Part shown: positions 17,721 to 32,780 of the stretch, one piece after another
Numbering within the stretch: position 1 is the stretch's first letter
How the letters are laid out: each line of letters opens with the position of its first letter
Origin: Euglena gracilis
Lineage: Eukaryota
Reading direction: 5' to 3'
Length of the DNA stretch: 64,000 bases
NCBI GenBank assembly: GCA_039621445.1
Contig: CP154954.1
Location: 186,001-250,000 of the forward strand
Translations under genes and position numbers: made by a program
Notes under the pieces: generated by a model
Databases searched by the model: none
The model's input: only the letters and a program-made list of their open reading frames with translations
Told to the model about the DNA's origin: nothing

Positions 17721-17858
17721 TTATTTAAAATAATATCATTTTTATCAACTATTTTTTTAGGTTTTTTTATTATAAGTACAACAATATACTCAATTTACAT
17801 GGGATTTGGTCCAATGTCAAGAAAACTTAAAGATCCTTTTGAAGAACATGAAAATTAA
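17721..17858 (+). CDS. psbN: Photosystem biogenesis factor PsbN (start codon not identified)
   Basis: Frame reads ...FLSTIFLGFFIISTTIYSIYMGFGPMSRKLKDPFEEHEN*, the PsbN C-terminal signature; no ATG at the expected position. Confidence 0.9.
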   Translation, partial: LFKIISFLSTIFLGFFIISTTIYSIYMGFGPMSRKLKDPFEEHEN

Positions 17859-17909
17859 AATAAAATAGGTAATTTCAAAAGAAAGTTAAAAATTATTAAA
17901 TTTAATATT

Positions 17910-18122
17910 ATGACAACTATTTCAAAAAACAAAACATCAAATTCTAAAGGTAAAACAACTACTTTAGGAACAATATTAAAACCTTTAAATTCTAAATATG
18001 GAAAAGTTCTTCCTGGCTGGGGGACAGCTGGAATAATGTTAATTTTTATGACTTTATTCGCAATTTTTTTAACAATAATTTTAGAAATATACAACTCTTC
18101 AGTAATTCTTGACATTAAATAA
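17910..18122 (+). CDS. psbH: Photosystem II protein H
   Basis: [23 protein letters not shown]...LEIYNSS signature. Confidence 0.97.
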   Translation: MTTISKNKTSNSKGKTTTLGTILKPLNSKYGKVLPGWGTAGIMLIFMTLFAIFLTIILEIYNSSVILDIK

Positions 18123-18267
18123 AATGAAATAAATAACAAATTAAAACTGTTGTGAAAATTTCATTTTATTTATTTTTTATTTCTTTTTCTTTTTAAAATT
18201 TTTATTAACTTTTTTATAAGTTAATAAAAATTAAATCACATCGAAAATTGAAAGATAATAAGAATAA

Positions 18268-19715
18268 TTATTTATTAATACGTGGAGATTCACGGAAAAA
18301 AATAGCAAAAAAAATAACGCCTAAAGTACCTATCAATAGTTAAGTAAGGAAACCCTCCTAAAAGAACTTTACAAGTATTATACTATTACACAAAGCTCAA
18401 ATATAAATTTTTAAAATAAAATAATATTAACAACTATTCTAGTAGTTAAAATCCTCATATATTTTAAATATATATAATACGTTTTATAAACTTCAAAAAT
18501 ATTTATGAAAATTAAAAATTATATAAAACTCAATGTAAAAAAAAAGACTAAAAATAAAAAATAATTGTCACCAAACTATGCTTGATATGTATATCACAAA
18601 GCTTTATAAATACACTAGAAATTTCTAAAAAAATAAAATTAATATAATTCGTATTGAAGAAAAATTACATATTTAAACAATTATAATTGATTTCGTTGAA
18701 AAAAATGAAAAAAACACTAATAAAGATTAAGTAATTACAGTAAAATAAAATTATACTAAAAGACCTAACAGAACTGCATTAAAAAGGAAAACGACTACAG
18801 TAAAAAAATAATTTACAAAAAATACAAATTTTTCATAAATTTTATTGAAACTTCAAAATTTCAAAACATATCAATATTATCAACAAAAAAAAGCAATAAA
18901 ATAATATTTACAACAAAAAATAATCAATCCAAAAAAAATCATCCTTAATTAAAATAAAAACAGTAAAATCAAATATAAGGTAAAAAAAATTCCCTAAAGA
19001 ACCGGACAAGCTAATTCCTAAGCATCTGGCTCACCCAAAAAACTAAAATCATCAAAAGAATAAAGATAAAAAATCTTTACCCGCCTGAAATGATATCGTG
19101 GACAATCCAAGATTAATAAAAAATTATCGATCAATTAAAATAACCATAAAAGTAATTATATGATACCTTTAATAAAAATTATATTTTTCAGAAATCGTTT
19201 CTATCCCAAATCATCTTAATAAAAATTAATTCAAAAATAAAAGAATTAAATGTAATTACAATTTCCTCGACAAAAAGATATAACAACCGTGTAAAAGAAC
19301 AAAAAAAAAAAAGCACTTAAAAATAATTATTACATTAAAATATCGAAATTAAAAATTACAAAATAGTAAAAATTTCCTTTTCTACTAAATTAAAATAAAA
19401 AAAATACGAAAAAATCAAATCAAAATAATAAAATATAAATTCACTACCAAACTATAAAATCTATAAAATTAGTTTTAATTGCTTAAAGTATAAAAACTCC
19501 ATAAATTAAGTAAAGTAATATGCAAAAATACAAAATTAAAACATATAATCTTGTTTTGTCCTAGGTAAACCGCACAAAAATATACCCCACAAAAAATTTA
19601 ATAAAGGCGTTTATGAAAAGTCTTAATCCACCCTTTTATTAATTTAAATTTAATTACCTAAAGTAAAAAGAATACAACTTCGTAGCACACAGAATGTATA
19701 AACTAAAGCTTCCAT
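18268..19715 (-). CDS. psbT: Photosystem II protein T, two tiny exons split by a ~1.35 kb nested intron
   Basis: MEALVYTF at 19715; LIGTLGVIFFAIFFRESPRINK* at 18268-18337. Confidence 0.95.
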
Positions 19716-19778
19716 AAAAATAAAAAATTTTCACAACTTTGCACATTTCCTAAAACAAATTTACTAATTAAATAATAA

Positions 19779-22700
19779 TTAAACTAATTCTTTCTTAGTT
19801 GTATCATCACCTAATTTTTCAAAAGTACCAAATTCAATCTCTTCCTCCAAATCAGGGTCAATACCAGCAAGCAAATATTTAAATAAAGTTCTTGCCCCAT
19901 GCCAAATATGCCCAAAAAAGAAAATTAAAGCAAAAGACAAATGACCAAAAGTAAACCAGCCTCTTGGACTACTTCTAAAAACACCATCAGACTGTAAAAT
20001 AGAACGATTAAAGTCAAAAATTTCTCCAAGCTGAGCACGTCGTGCATATCTTTTCACAGTAGCAGGATCATTAAAACTTAAAGTATCGAAACTACCACCG
20101 AAGAAACGAACAGTAACGCCTACTTGTTCAATACTATATTTAGACTCAGCACGACGAAACGAAATATCGGCACGAACAACACCATTTTGATCTAATAATA
20201 TTACTGGAAACGTTTCAAAAAAAGTAGGCATACGACGAACAAACAATGAATTACCTTCCTTATCAATAAATACTGCATGACCTAACCATGCAGTCGCTAT
20301 ACCATCACCATTATTCATAGGACCAGAACGAAATAATCCACCTTTTGCTGGATTATTCCCAATATAATCATAAAAAGCTAACTTAGGCGAAATAGCACCC
20401 CAAGCTTCTGACAAAGAACAACCATCAGATAAACTAGCTTGAACACGTCTTTCTATTTCTTCCTGAAAATAACCTTTATCCCATTGGTATCGAGTAGGAC
20501 CAAATAGCTCAATAGGTGTAGAAGCAGAACCGTACCACATAGTGCCTGAAACAACAAATGCAGACCAAAAAACCGCAGCTATACTACTAGAAAGAACAGT
20601 TTCAATATTCCCCATACGTAAAAGTACAAACAAGCGTTGAGAAGGGAAGGGCGAACTAAAACATGAAATCCACCAGCAATAAGTCCTAAAAGACCTGCAG
20701 CAATATGATGCCTTGATAGAAAATAAATTATTATATTTCCTCAAAAAAACCGTGCATGCAAAATAAAAATGCACACGGCTTTAATTAATAATAAAATTAT
20801 TAATCAATTTTTCCTAATACTAAATTTAGGACAAATTTTAAAGATTTAAAAATACCTAAACAAATAAGTTATTTTTAAATCTTTAACTCAACTTTTTTTA
20901 CAAAATATTCGTAAATACTAAACTTAGGAAAAAATTTCGAATCAAAGTGTAAAAAAAATTTTGGAAAAAAATACAATTAATTAGTTATTATTTTCATACA
21001 CAAAAAATAAAAATTACAATAACAAAATAAAATAAAATAAATTTTATGCTTCTTTAACAGCCAAACTCTCACAAAACTGTAAAAAAAGTTTTTATCAAGA
21101 ATATTAATAAACTGCAAATATTATTGCAAAAAATATAACTAACCTAAAACAAAAATGGCTATTTAGTAAAAAAATCTACCTGGCTTTTTATTACTAAAAA
21201 TTAAAAATTGAATAAAAGGTATTAAAGTAAGAAAAAGTTAAAAACTTTTAACTCATAAGTATGAACTTTTACAACTCGCAAAGAAGCAATTCCACCTACA
21301 TTATACGGATCAAAACCTTCAGCACCCCAAGAAGGAATAACAGGTTCAATTTGCAAGAATAGATTAAAAATCTTTCATCCGAAATTAAATATGAAATTTT
21401 TAAATCATTTAACTACTCACTTATAAAGTACTTGTATTTTAACAAATACTTATATATCAAAATATAATTTTGATACTTTTATAAGTGTGATTTAAGTCAA
21501 TAAAAATTAATAAAAAATTTTTCCGTTTAAATCATCCCCTCTAAAAAAGTTAAAAATAGACATATCAAAAAATGTCAAAGATAGAAACTAAATTATTTCG
21601 TTGCTTTTTGTTGCTAAATGAAATTCTTGAGGACACACTTATCCACAATTTTGCTAAAAAATTAATCTTATTAGAAGAAAAATTAAAAATTATACAAAAT
21701 TTAATTAGAAAATATATAACTATGGCATAGCCAATATTTAGATTATCTATCCAAAAATCGTTAATTTTTTACAGTTAAAAAATTAAATAAGTTATCGTTC
21801 TTATTGATAACGCAATAATTTCAATAAAATAAAAGGTTTTTCACCTAATTGAACAAAAATTTCATAAAAAATCTCTTAACGATATAAAATTATTAAAAGA
21901 ACATTAAAAACGAATCGCACTCCCACTTAAACCATAAGGATCAGAAACCCAAATACCAGGACCAAAAACACCCGTAACATGGAAAACTCCAAAAGCTAAA
22001 CATAATGCTCCAGACAAGAATAAATGAACTCCAAATACTCTAGGTAAATCTAACTTTAACTCACCACTAGCTGGATCACGAAATAAATCAAGGTCCCAAT
22101 AAACCCAATGCCAAATAGCAGCTAAAAATAAAAGACCCGATAAAATTATATGTGCTACCGCTACACCTTCGTAACTCCAAATTCCTGGATCCGAAAAAGA
22201 TTCCCCTGTAACACTCCAAGCACCCCAAGATTTTGTTACCCCTAAACGTGTCATAAAAGGAAGAACAAACATTCCTTGGCGCCACATAGGATTTAGCGCA
22301 ACATCAGAAGGATCAAAAATAGCAAGTTCATATAAGGCCATAGATCCAGCCCATCCTGAAACTAATGCAGTATGCATTAAATGAACAGAAATCAAACGAC
22401 CTGGATCATTAAGAACAACAGTATGTAAAACAAATATTTTTAAAAATTTTATTAAAAAATCAAAAAATAAACTATAAGGAAATTTTTAAAACTATAAATA
22501 TCATTTATAAGTAAAAAACTAAAAATCACAACACGATACCAAGGCAGGTAAAATCAACTTTAATAATTAAAAAGTTTTTTATCCGAAACCGTACTTGTTA
22601 ATTCAATAACATACGGCTACTCAATTATATAATCTTAAAAGATTAGAAAACGCAAAAAATACTTAAAATAACTTAGATATAATTCTGATTAAAAAATCAT

Positions 22701-23055
22701 CCTTATAAAATTTAATATATATTTTTCGTTTTTTTTATCCGCTTTATTATTCTTTTAATGAAATGATCATTCATTTATTAATAACAAAAATAAATTAGAG
22801 GAATAAATAAATTATTTTTTAATAAAACATGGAAACAAATAACAAAAACTACAAAATGATCGTATAAACATTTCCTACTAAAGTTCCAAATTATTTTTCT
22901 TTATAAACATAAGAAAATTTAAAGATAAAAAAATTCTTTCGATAATAAAAACTAAACTACTAAAATATCGGAAAATTAAGAGTAAAAATTTAATTTACAT
23001 GGACAAAAAATTTTTTTAAAAATAAGATCCAAATTTTACGAATCGCACATCCCAT
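19779..23055 (-). CDS. psbB: Photosystem II CP47, 4 introns; frameshifted in this sequence by a 5-nt duplication at 20641-20650
   Basis: MG / LPWYRV / [27 protein letters not shown]... / [11 protein letters not shown] / HHIAAG...[11 protein letters not shown]. Confidence 0.97.
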
Positions 23056-23115
23056 AGTATATTAAAAATATCATAAAAATTAAAAATTAACTTTCTATAA
23101 AGACAAAAAGTTAAA

Positions 23116-23188
23116 AGCGGGTAACGTGATTCGAACACGCGACATTGGACTTGGAAGGACCACGCTCTACCAACTGAGCTATACCCGC
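23116..23188 (-). tRNA. trnG: tRNA-Gly(UCC)
   Basis: Cloverleaf on the minus strand, anticodon TCC. Confidence 0.95.
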
Positions 23189-23194
23189 ATAAAT

Positions 23195-23267
23195 TACCCC
23201 CAGGGGAATTCGAATCCCCGTTGCCTCCGTGAAAGGGAGATGTCCTAGGCCTCTAGACGATGGGGGC
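23195..23267 (-). tRNA. trnE: tRNA-Glu(UUC)
   Basis: GCCCCCATCGTCTAGAGG..., anticodon TTC. Confidence 0.95.
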
Positions 23268-23294
23268 AAATTTAAGATAAAGAAAAAAAATAAA

Positions 23295-23367
23295 CGCGCT
23301 CTGTAGGATTCGAACCTACTACATCAGGTTTTGGAGACCTACGTTCTACCAATTGAACTAAAAGCGC
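23295..23367 (-). tRNA. trnW: tRNA-Trp(CCA)
   Basis: GCGCTTTTAGTTCAATTGG..., anticodon CCA. Confidence 0.95.
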
Positions 23368-23371
23368 AGTT

Positions 23372-23443
23372 TGGCTCAGACAAGATTTGAACCTGTGACC
23401 AAGGGCTTATGAATCCCCTGCTCTACCTCTGAGCTACTGAGCC
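23372..23443 (-). tRNA. trnM: tRNA with CAU anticodon (Met; a lysidine-modified Ile identity is not excluded)
   Basis: GGCTCAGTAGCTCAGAGG..., anticodon CAT. Confidence 0.85.
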
Positions 23444-23458
23444 TAAAAATTAATAGAT

Positions 23459-23531
23459 GGTGAATGACGGGGATCGAACCCGCGAATGAAGGAGTCACAG
23501 TCCTTTGCCTTACCACTTGGCTACACCCACC
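23459..23531 (-). tRNA. trnH: tRNA-His(GUG)
   Basis: Anticodon GTG, T-loop TTCGATC. Confidence 0.93.
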
Positions 23532-23595
23532 TATAAAAAATATAATAAAAATTTATTATAACTCGAAAACTGTCTGATTAAATATAAAAATATTT

Positions 23596-23677
23596 TGAGT
23601 CGTGCTGGATTCGAACCAGCGAAAGATGAACTAGCGGATTTACAATCCGCCCCCATTAACCACTCGGGCAACAACTC
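23596..23677 (-). tRNA. trnY: tRNA-Tyr(GUA)
   Basis: Anticodon GTA with a long variable arm. Confidence 0.95.
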
Positions 23678-23753
23678 GCAATTAGATGTTAAACAACAAA
23701 AACAATTAACATAGAAAAAGTTATTTAAGATCAAAAAAAATATAGATAAAACT

Positions 23754-24371
23754 ATGTCAAGATATAGAGGACCACGATTGCGAATAGTTCGTAGAATAGG
23801 AAAACTTCCAAGTCTTACAAATAAAACATCAAAGAAAAGAAAATCCCCAGGGCAACCAGCAACATCCTTTAAAAGGAAAAAAAAAATATCAAAATATAAC
23901 ATAAGATTAAAAAAAAAACAAAAACTGCGATTTAACTACGGAATAACCGAAAGACAACTTCTAAATTATGTAAAAAAATCTAAAAAAAAAAAAGGATCAT
24001 CCGGAAGATTTTTGCTAACTTTTTTGGAAATGAGATTAGATAATATTGTACATCGAATAGGTTTTGCACCTACAATAATGGCTGCAAAACAACTAATAAA
24101 TCATGGTCACATTTGTGTAGATGACAAAGTTATCAATATACCTAGTTTTATTTGCCAACCAAAAAGTATTATAAAACCTAAAAAAAGTACTGTATCAGAA
24201 AATGTCATACAAAAAAACATAGAATCTAAAGAATTACTATTAATACCACCACATTTATCTCTTAACAAAAAAAACTTAGAAGCAAAAATTATTGGTTTAA
24301 TCAATAGAAAAGCGATATCGTTAATAGTTAATGAACTTTTAGTAATCGAATTCTATTCACGCAAGGTCTAA
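23754..24371 (+). CDS. rps4: 30S ribosomal protein S4
   Basis: MSRYRGPRLRIVRR...KQKLRFNYG...LEMRLDN...VIEFYSR. Confidence 0.98.
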   Translation: MSRYRGPRLRIVRRIGKLPSLTNKTSKKRKSPGQPATSFKRKKKISKYNIRLKKKQKLRFNYGITERQLLNYVKKSKKKKGSSGRFLLTFLEMRLDNIVHRIGFAPTIMAAKQLINHGHICVDDKVINIPSFICQPKSIIKPKKSTVSENVIQKNIESKELLLIPPHLSLNKKNLEAKIIGLINRKAISLIVNELLVIEFYSRKV

Positions 24372-24494
24372 TTATAAATTAATTTATAGGGAAAATTGTG
24401 AATAATATAAAAAATGAAATAAATATTAAAAACTCAAGGAAATCATGCTTTTTGCAAATTTTGTTCTTAAAAAGAAATATTTATTTATAAAAAA

Positions 24495-25091
24495 ATGATA
24501 AAACAAAAAAAAAAAATAATCAAAATAACAAAAAAAAAATTTCCAAAAGGAATTGTCCATATTATGGGATTAAAATTACATGCAATCAAAAATTAATAGT
24601 ATATAATGTAATATAAAGTTATTATAATTTTTATCTTTAAAAAAAAGCATTTAAAAATCAATATCTTAAAAAAACAACTTATAATAATGAAGCGATTTAA
24701 TATTAAAAAAATTATACAAAAAATCATCACAATAAAACTAAAAAAAATTTTCCTTTATATTAAATAATAGAAAATACATCTAATTAAATTCTTAGTTTCG
24801 GTAAGTGATCCAAAAGGAAATGTAATCGCTTGGTCATCTTCAGGAGCATGCGGTTTTAAAAGCTCGAAAAAGGCTACACCGTTAGCTACAAAGACAACTA
24901 CTGCAATTGCCGTTAAGAAAGCTATAGAACAAGGACTTCAAAAAGTTGAGATAAACATTAGTGGACCTGGAACCGGACGAGAAACAGCTTTAAAATGCGT
25001 ACAAAGTTTAGGTCTACGCATAAGTTGCATAAGAGATGTCACTCCCTTACCACATAATGGATGTCGACCTAGCAAGAGACGTAGAATATAA
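24495..25091 (+). CDS. rps11: 30S ribosomal protein S11 with short (group III-sized) introns
   Basis: KGIVHI, then SDPKGNVIAWSSSGACGFKSSKKATP...GPGTGRE...RDVTPLPHNGCRPSKRRRI*. Confidence 0.93.
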
Positions 25092-25162
25092 AATAACAAA
25101 ATTTATTTAACACGTTTTAAAATAAATAAAAAACAATATTAACATTTATTAATATTGATAAA

Positions 25163-25246
25163 GCAGGCATGGCGGAATTTGGTAGACGCGCAGGATTTAG
25201 GTTCCTGTGTCTTTATGATGTGAGAGTTCGAGTCTCTCTGCCTGTA
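25163..25246 (+). tRNA. trnL: tRNA-Leu(UAG)
   Basis: GCAGGCATGGCGGAATTTGGTAGACGC..., anticodon TAG, variable arm. Confidence 0.95.
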
Positions 25247-25291
25247 TTAAAAATTAAATGATCATAAAAAATAACGAAATTACTAATCAAT

Positions 25292-25365
25292 CGGGCAAGA
25301 AGGGATTCGAACCCCTGACTCCGTAGTTCGTAGCCACGTGCTCTAGTCCACTGAGCTACAAGCCC
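25292..25365 (-). tRNA. trnR: tRNA-Arg(ACG)
   Basis: Anticodon ACG. Confidence 0.95.
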
Positions 25366-25368
25366 TTA

Positions 25369-25440
25369 CTCCTTAAGTAGGATTCGAACCTACGACCGAT
25401 CGGTTAACAGCCGATTGCTCTACCACTGAGCTATTAAGGA
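25369..25440 (-). tRNA. trnN: tRNA-Asn(GUU)
   Basis: Anticodon GTT. Confidence 0.95.
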
Positions 25441-25456
25441 TAAAGTAAATAACCTT

Positions 25457-25529
25457 TGAGGGCAAACGGATTCGAACCGCTGACATTCTGCTTGTAAGGC
25501 AGACGCTCTACCAACTGAGCTATACCCCC
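25457..25529 (-). tRNA. trnV: tRNA-Val(UAC)
   Basis: Anticodon TAC. Confidence 0.95.
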
Positions 25530-25559
25530 AGTTACTCAAATTATAGTAAATTTTGCTAA

Positions 25560-28500
25560 TTAATTTTTAAAACCAGTACCTGCGGGAATAATATTTCCTA
25601 AAACTAAATTTTCTTTTAACCCAGATAACCAATCAGCTCTTCCTTGTAAAGCAGCTTTTGTTAAAACTCTAGTAGTTTCTTGAAAACTCGCTTGAGCTAT
25701 AAAACTTTGACTAGATAGAGAAAAACGAGTCAATCCCATAATTATAGGCTCATAAACAATACTATTTACTAGTCTTTTATTTAATACCTCTACTAAATTA
25801 AGATCTAAAAAATCCCCTACCATAAAGCTAGAATCACCTGGATTAGTAACAATCACTTTTGACGTTATTTGTTTAACAATAAGTTCAATATGTTTATCCG
25901 CTATTTTGACACCCTGAGATTTATAAACAGTCTGAACACCATCTATTAAATATTTTTGTATTACCTCAAAACTTTTTCGCGCAGCTACAAGATTCTCATA
26001 ATCATCTAAAAAAGTAAAAAAAGACTCCGTCAATATATCATGAGGGTTATTTATTATTTCTTTTAACGAAGAAGTCATTCGAGCTTCTAACAATTTTTCT
26101 ACTTTAGGCAATCCTTGAACTATATCATAAGTTTTTTCTCGGACAAAATTAACGCGATATAATAATTGGTTCTTTCTTATAAAAGGTTTATCTTCTATTC
26201 TCATCAATGTATCATCATTAGTCGAAAAAGGCATTACTTTTCGAAAAATCGAAAACTCTTTTCTTTCTTGTATTATTTGAGAAGAATGAAGAAGCTTAAA
26301 ATTACTAATTATTTGACCCGTTTTAAGAAAACATCCAATTTTAAAATTACCAAAAATACGCTTTTGTTTTTTAAGATTTCGAAGCATTATAACCTTATCT
26401 TGATCAAGTATACATGTAATAATATGTGAACTTCTTTTTTTTAAAACTTTCGATTTATCAACTAAACTATTAACGTTCCTAATGTTAATAAATAATTTAC
26501 CAAATTTACGAGGAAAAAGTTCTTTCTTCCTGTTAACAAATAATTCTTTTTTATGAACATTTGTAGTAGGACAAATTAATTTATTTTTAAAAGAAAATTT
26601 CTTTGTCAAATGAAAAAATAAAGAAGTAAAACTCATAATAATAGAACTTATTATCCAAAATATTTTTCCAAATTGCTTCGAATTAATTTGAGGGAAAAAG
26701 ATTTGACCAGAAATTTTTGCCTTAACATCTCGAATTTCCTCAATACCAAAAACGTCATTTTTCAAGTTAGAATTTACAGATTCTCCTATTATTTGCTTAT
26801 CAAATATTTTTCTTCCTGGCTTAACATATAAAAGCGTACTAGAAGGTAAAAACATAATAGATTTACTAACGTCATTTTCGTAAATCACAATTTTTTTTTC
26901 TTGCAAAGTTAAAAAAGCTTTTTCCTTAAATTTATTATAAACTCTTCTTAACCCTGTAGTTAAAGTTGACCTATAAAAATCACTTTTACGAAGTCATACT
27001 TGATATATTATATCATACGACTACTCAATTATAATTGTGATTAATTTAATGGCTAATACTTCATATTTATTTTATAATTGCGATCTATAAATTTAAATAC
27101 TAATAATAAACATCCCCTAACCCCAAACTAATTTTAATCGTTCCTTCTATTTTAAAACATCGTTTTTTAGAACATGTTTTATCAAATAAAGTTTAAAATT
27201 ATAAATTTTATTAGAAAAACCATTTATTCTCACTCTATTTACTAAAAAAATACGTAACAAAATATAAACAACATTTTGTTTATCTATTCTGCAAAATTGA
27301 TTTCAATTATAAAAAAATAAACTTACAATATAAATCAATTTAAAAAACTTTAAGTTACTATCTATAACAAGTAATAAATATAAAAATTGTAATACAATAA
27401 CAAAGACAATTAGTCTAAAATAGAAAGTTTAATTCTGCCATTAAATATTGTAAAATTAAAAACGATACACACTTCAAATCGTACCATATTTTTCCATTTA
27501 AAGGAGATGTTATAACTTCTTTTGCCTTTGCAGAAAAAACACCACCCGTATGAAAAGTTCGCATTGTTAATTGCGTACCAGGCTCACCTATTGATTGAGC
27601 AGCTAAAATTCCTACACATTCACCAAGTTCTACCATTTTGCCACAGGCTAAATTCCAACCATAGCATATTTGGCATATGCCTTCCATTAATACACAATTA
27701 AAAGGTGTACGAATATAAACCTCGGGAAAATTAATAATTTTTTTAAACGTATAGACTGAAAGTTAATATTTAATAAAAATATTTCTCATTCGAAACCGAG
27801 CATGAAAATTCTTTTTCACTCGGCTACCTAAAAATCATAAACTTTTTATGATATTTAAGAAATATATCAGCATATGCCGGTGATTACACCTACTACTTTT
27901 CATAGAGTATTTTAAACGTTTTTATAACATCGTTCAGACCTTTTGCTTCATATTCCATCCTTATAAATAAAAATTCAATTCGTTTATACCATAACTACTA
28001 TACATAAAAGGTATGTTTTAAAATGGCTCCTAATATAACTCCCCCTTAATTTTCAATAACAAAGTGTAATAAAATATTATAAAAAAAGTTGAAGCTTTTT
28101 AGTTTCTTAATTTTCTGTAAACCATATAAAATTACTATTTCAAATACTTTTAATACTTTGAAATTTTAATCCTGTTTTTTATTCTAATAAAAAGGAAATT
28201 ATGTTTAATAACAATGATCTGTATATTATTAGAATTTCGCTAATTTTAAAGTATAATAATCTTAGATAAAAATTAATATAAAAGAATTTGCCACATTCCT
28301 TAAATTTTAAAATTTTTGTAGCTCGAACCACACATTACAAATATCTTGACCAGCACTAACTAAAATATCACCTGTTTTGGCATTAACAATAGTTTTTGCT
28401 AATACTCTACCAATTAATTTTTCCTTCAAAAACTTTAGTTCTTCTTTATCTTGGTTTTGTAGTAATACGCACGTATTATATTTTGTAAAACAATCCGACC

Positions 28501-29146
28501 TTTTTACAATTAAGTTTTGTGCTGTATAAATCATTCGTCTAGTTAAATACCCAGCATTAGCTGTTTTTAAAGCAGTATCAATTAAGCCTTTTCTAGCACC
28601 GTAACAAGAAACAAAATATTCAGTAATATTTAAACCTTCTTTAAAATTAGTTTTTATTGGAAAAGGAATTACATTACCCTGAGAATCGGACATTAGTCCT
28701 CGCATACCTATCAATTGTTTCACCTGTGTAATACTACCCCTTGCACCTGACAAAGTCATAGAATACAAAGGATTCAAAAAGTCGGATTGTCTCAAATTAT
28801 TAATAGATTCTTTCTTCAAATTTTCATTAACGACATTCCAAATATCCCTTTCTTCATCCAAAACATTAATGAAATTTATCATACCATTTTTATATCGATT
28901 TCTCGTTTTAAATAAAATTTTTTCAGAACTTTTAACCAAATTTGCTTTTGAAGAAGGAATTTTAAGATCTCCAAGTCCTAATGATAATCCAGTGGTTGTT
29001 GCATAGGTAAAACCAAAATTTTTCATTTTATCCAATAACTCTTTTGTTCGGATACTACCATAATTTGACAAAAACCAGCTAATTAAATTTCTAATTTCAT
29101 TTTTATCAAAAACTCTATTAAAACATACTATATTTCCGAAATTCAT
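25560..29146 (-). CDS. rpoC2: RNA polymerase beta'' subunit, 2 introns
   Basis: [64 protein letters not shown]. Confidence 0.98.
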
Positions 29147-29237
29147 AATTAAAATAATAATTTAACAAACTTATTGAAATAAATCAATAAAATAATAAAC
29201 TTTAAAACTACTTAGCTCATACAAAAAATTAAAGTAT

Positions 29238-32696
<3,459 letters not shown>

Positions 32697-32780
32697 AAAT
32701 ACAAAAATAAATAAAAATAAGTATCAGGTCTTAATTGACCATAAAAACTTCATAAAAAAAAAAATAACTCAAAAATTTAA

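Noticed and set aside
23900-23995. rps4 KKQK in place of conserved EKQK
   Set aside because: Lies within an A-run in a sequence showing other signs of error; cannot be distinguished from a miscall.
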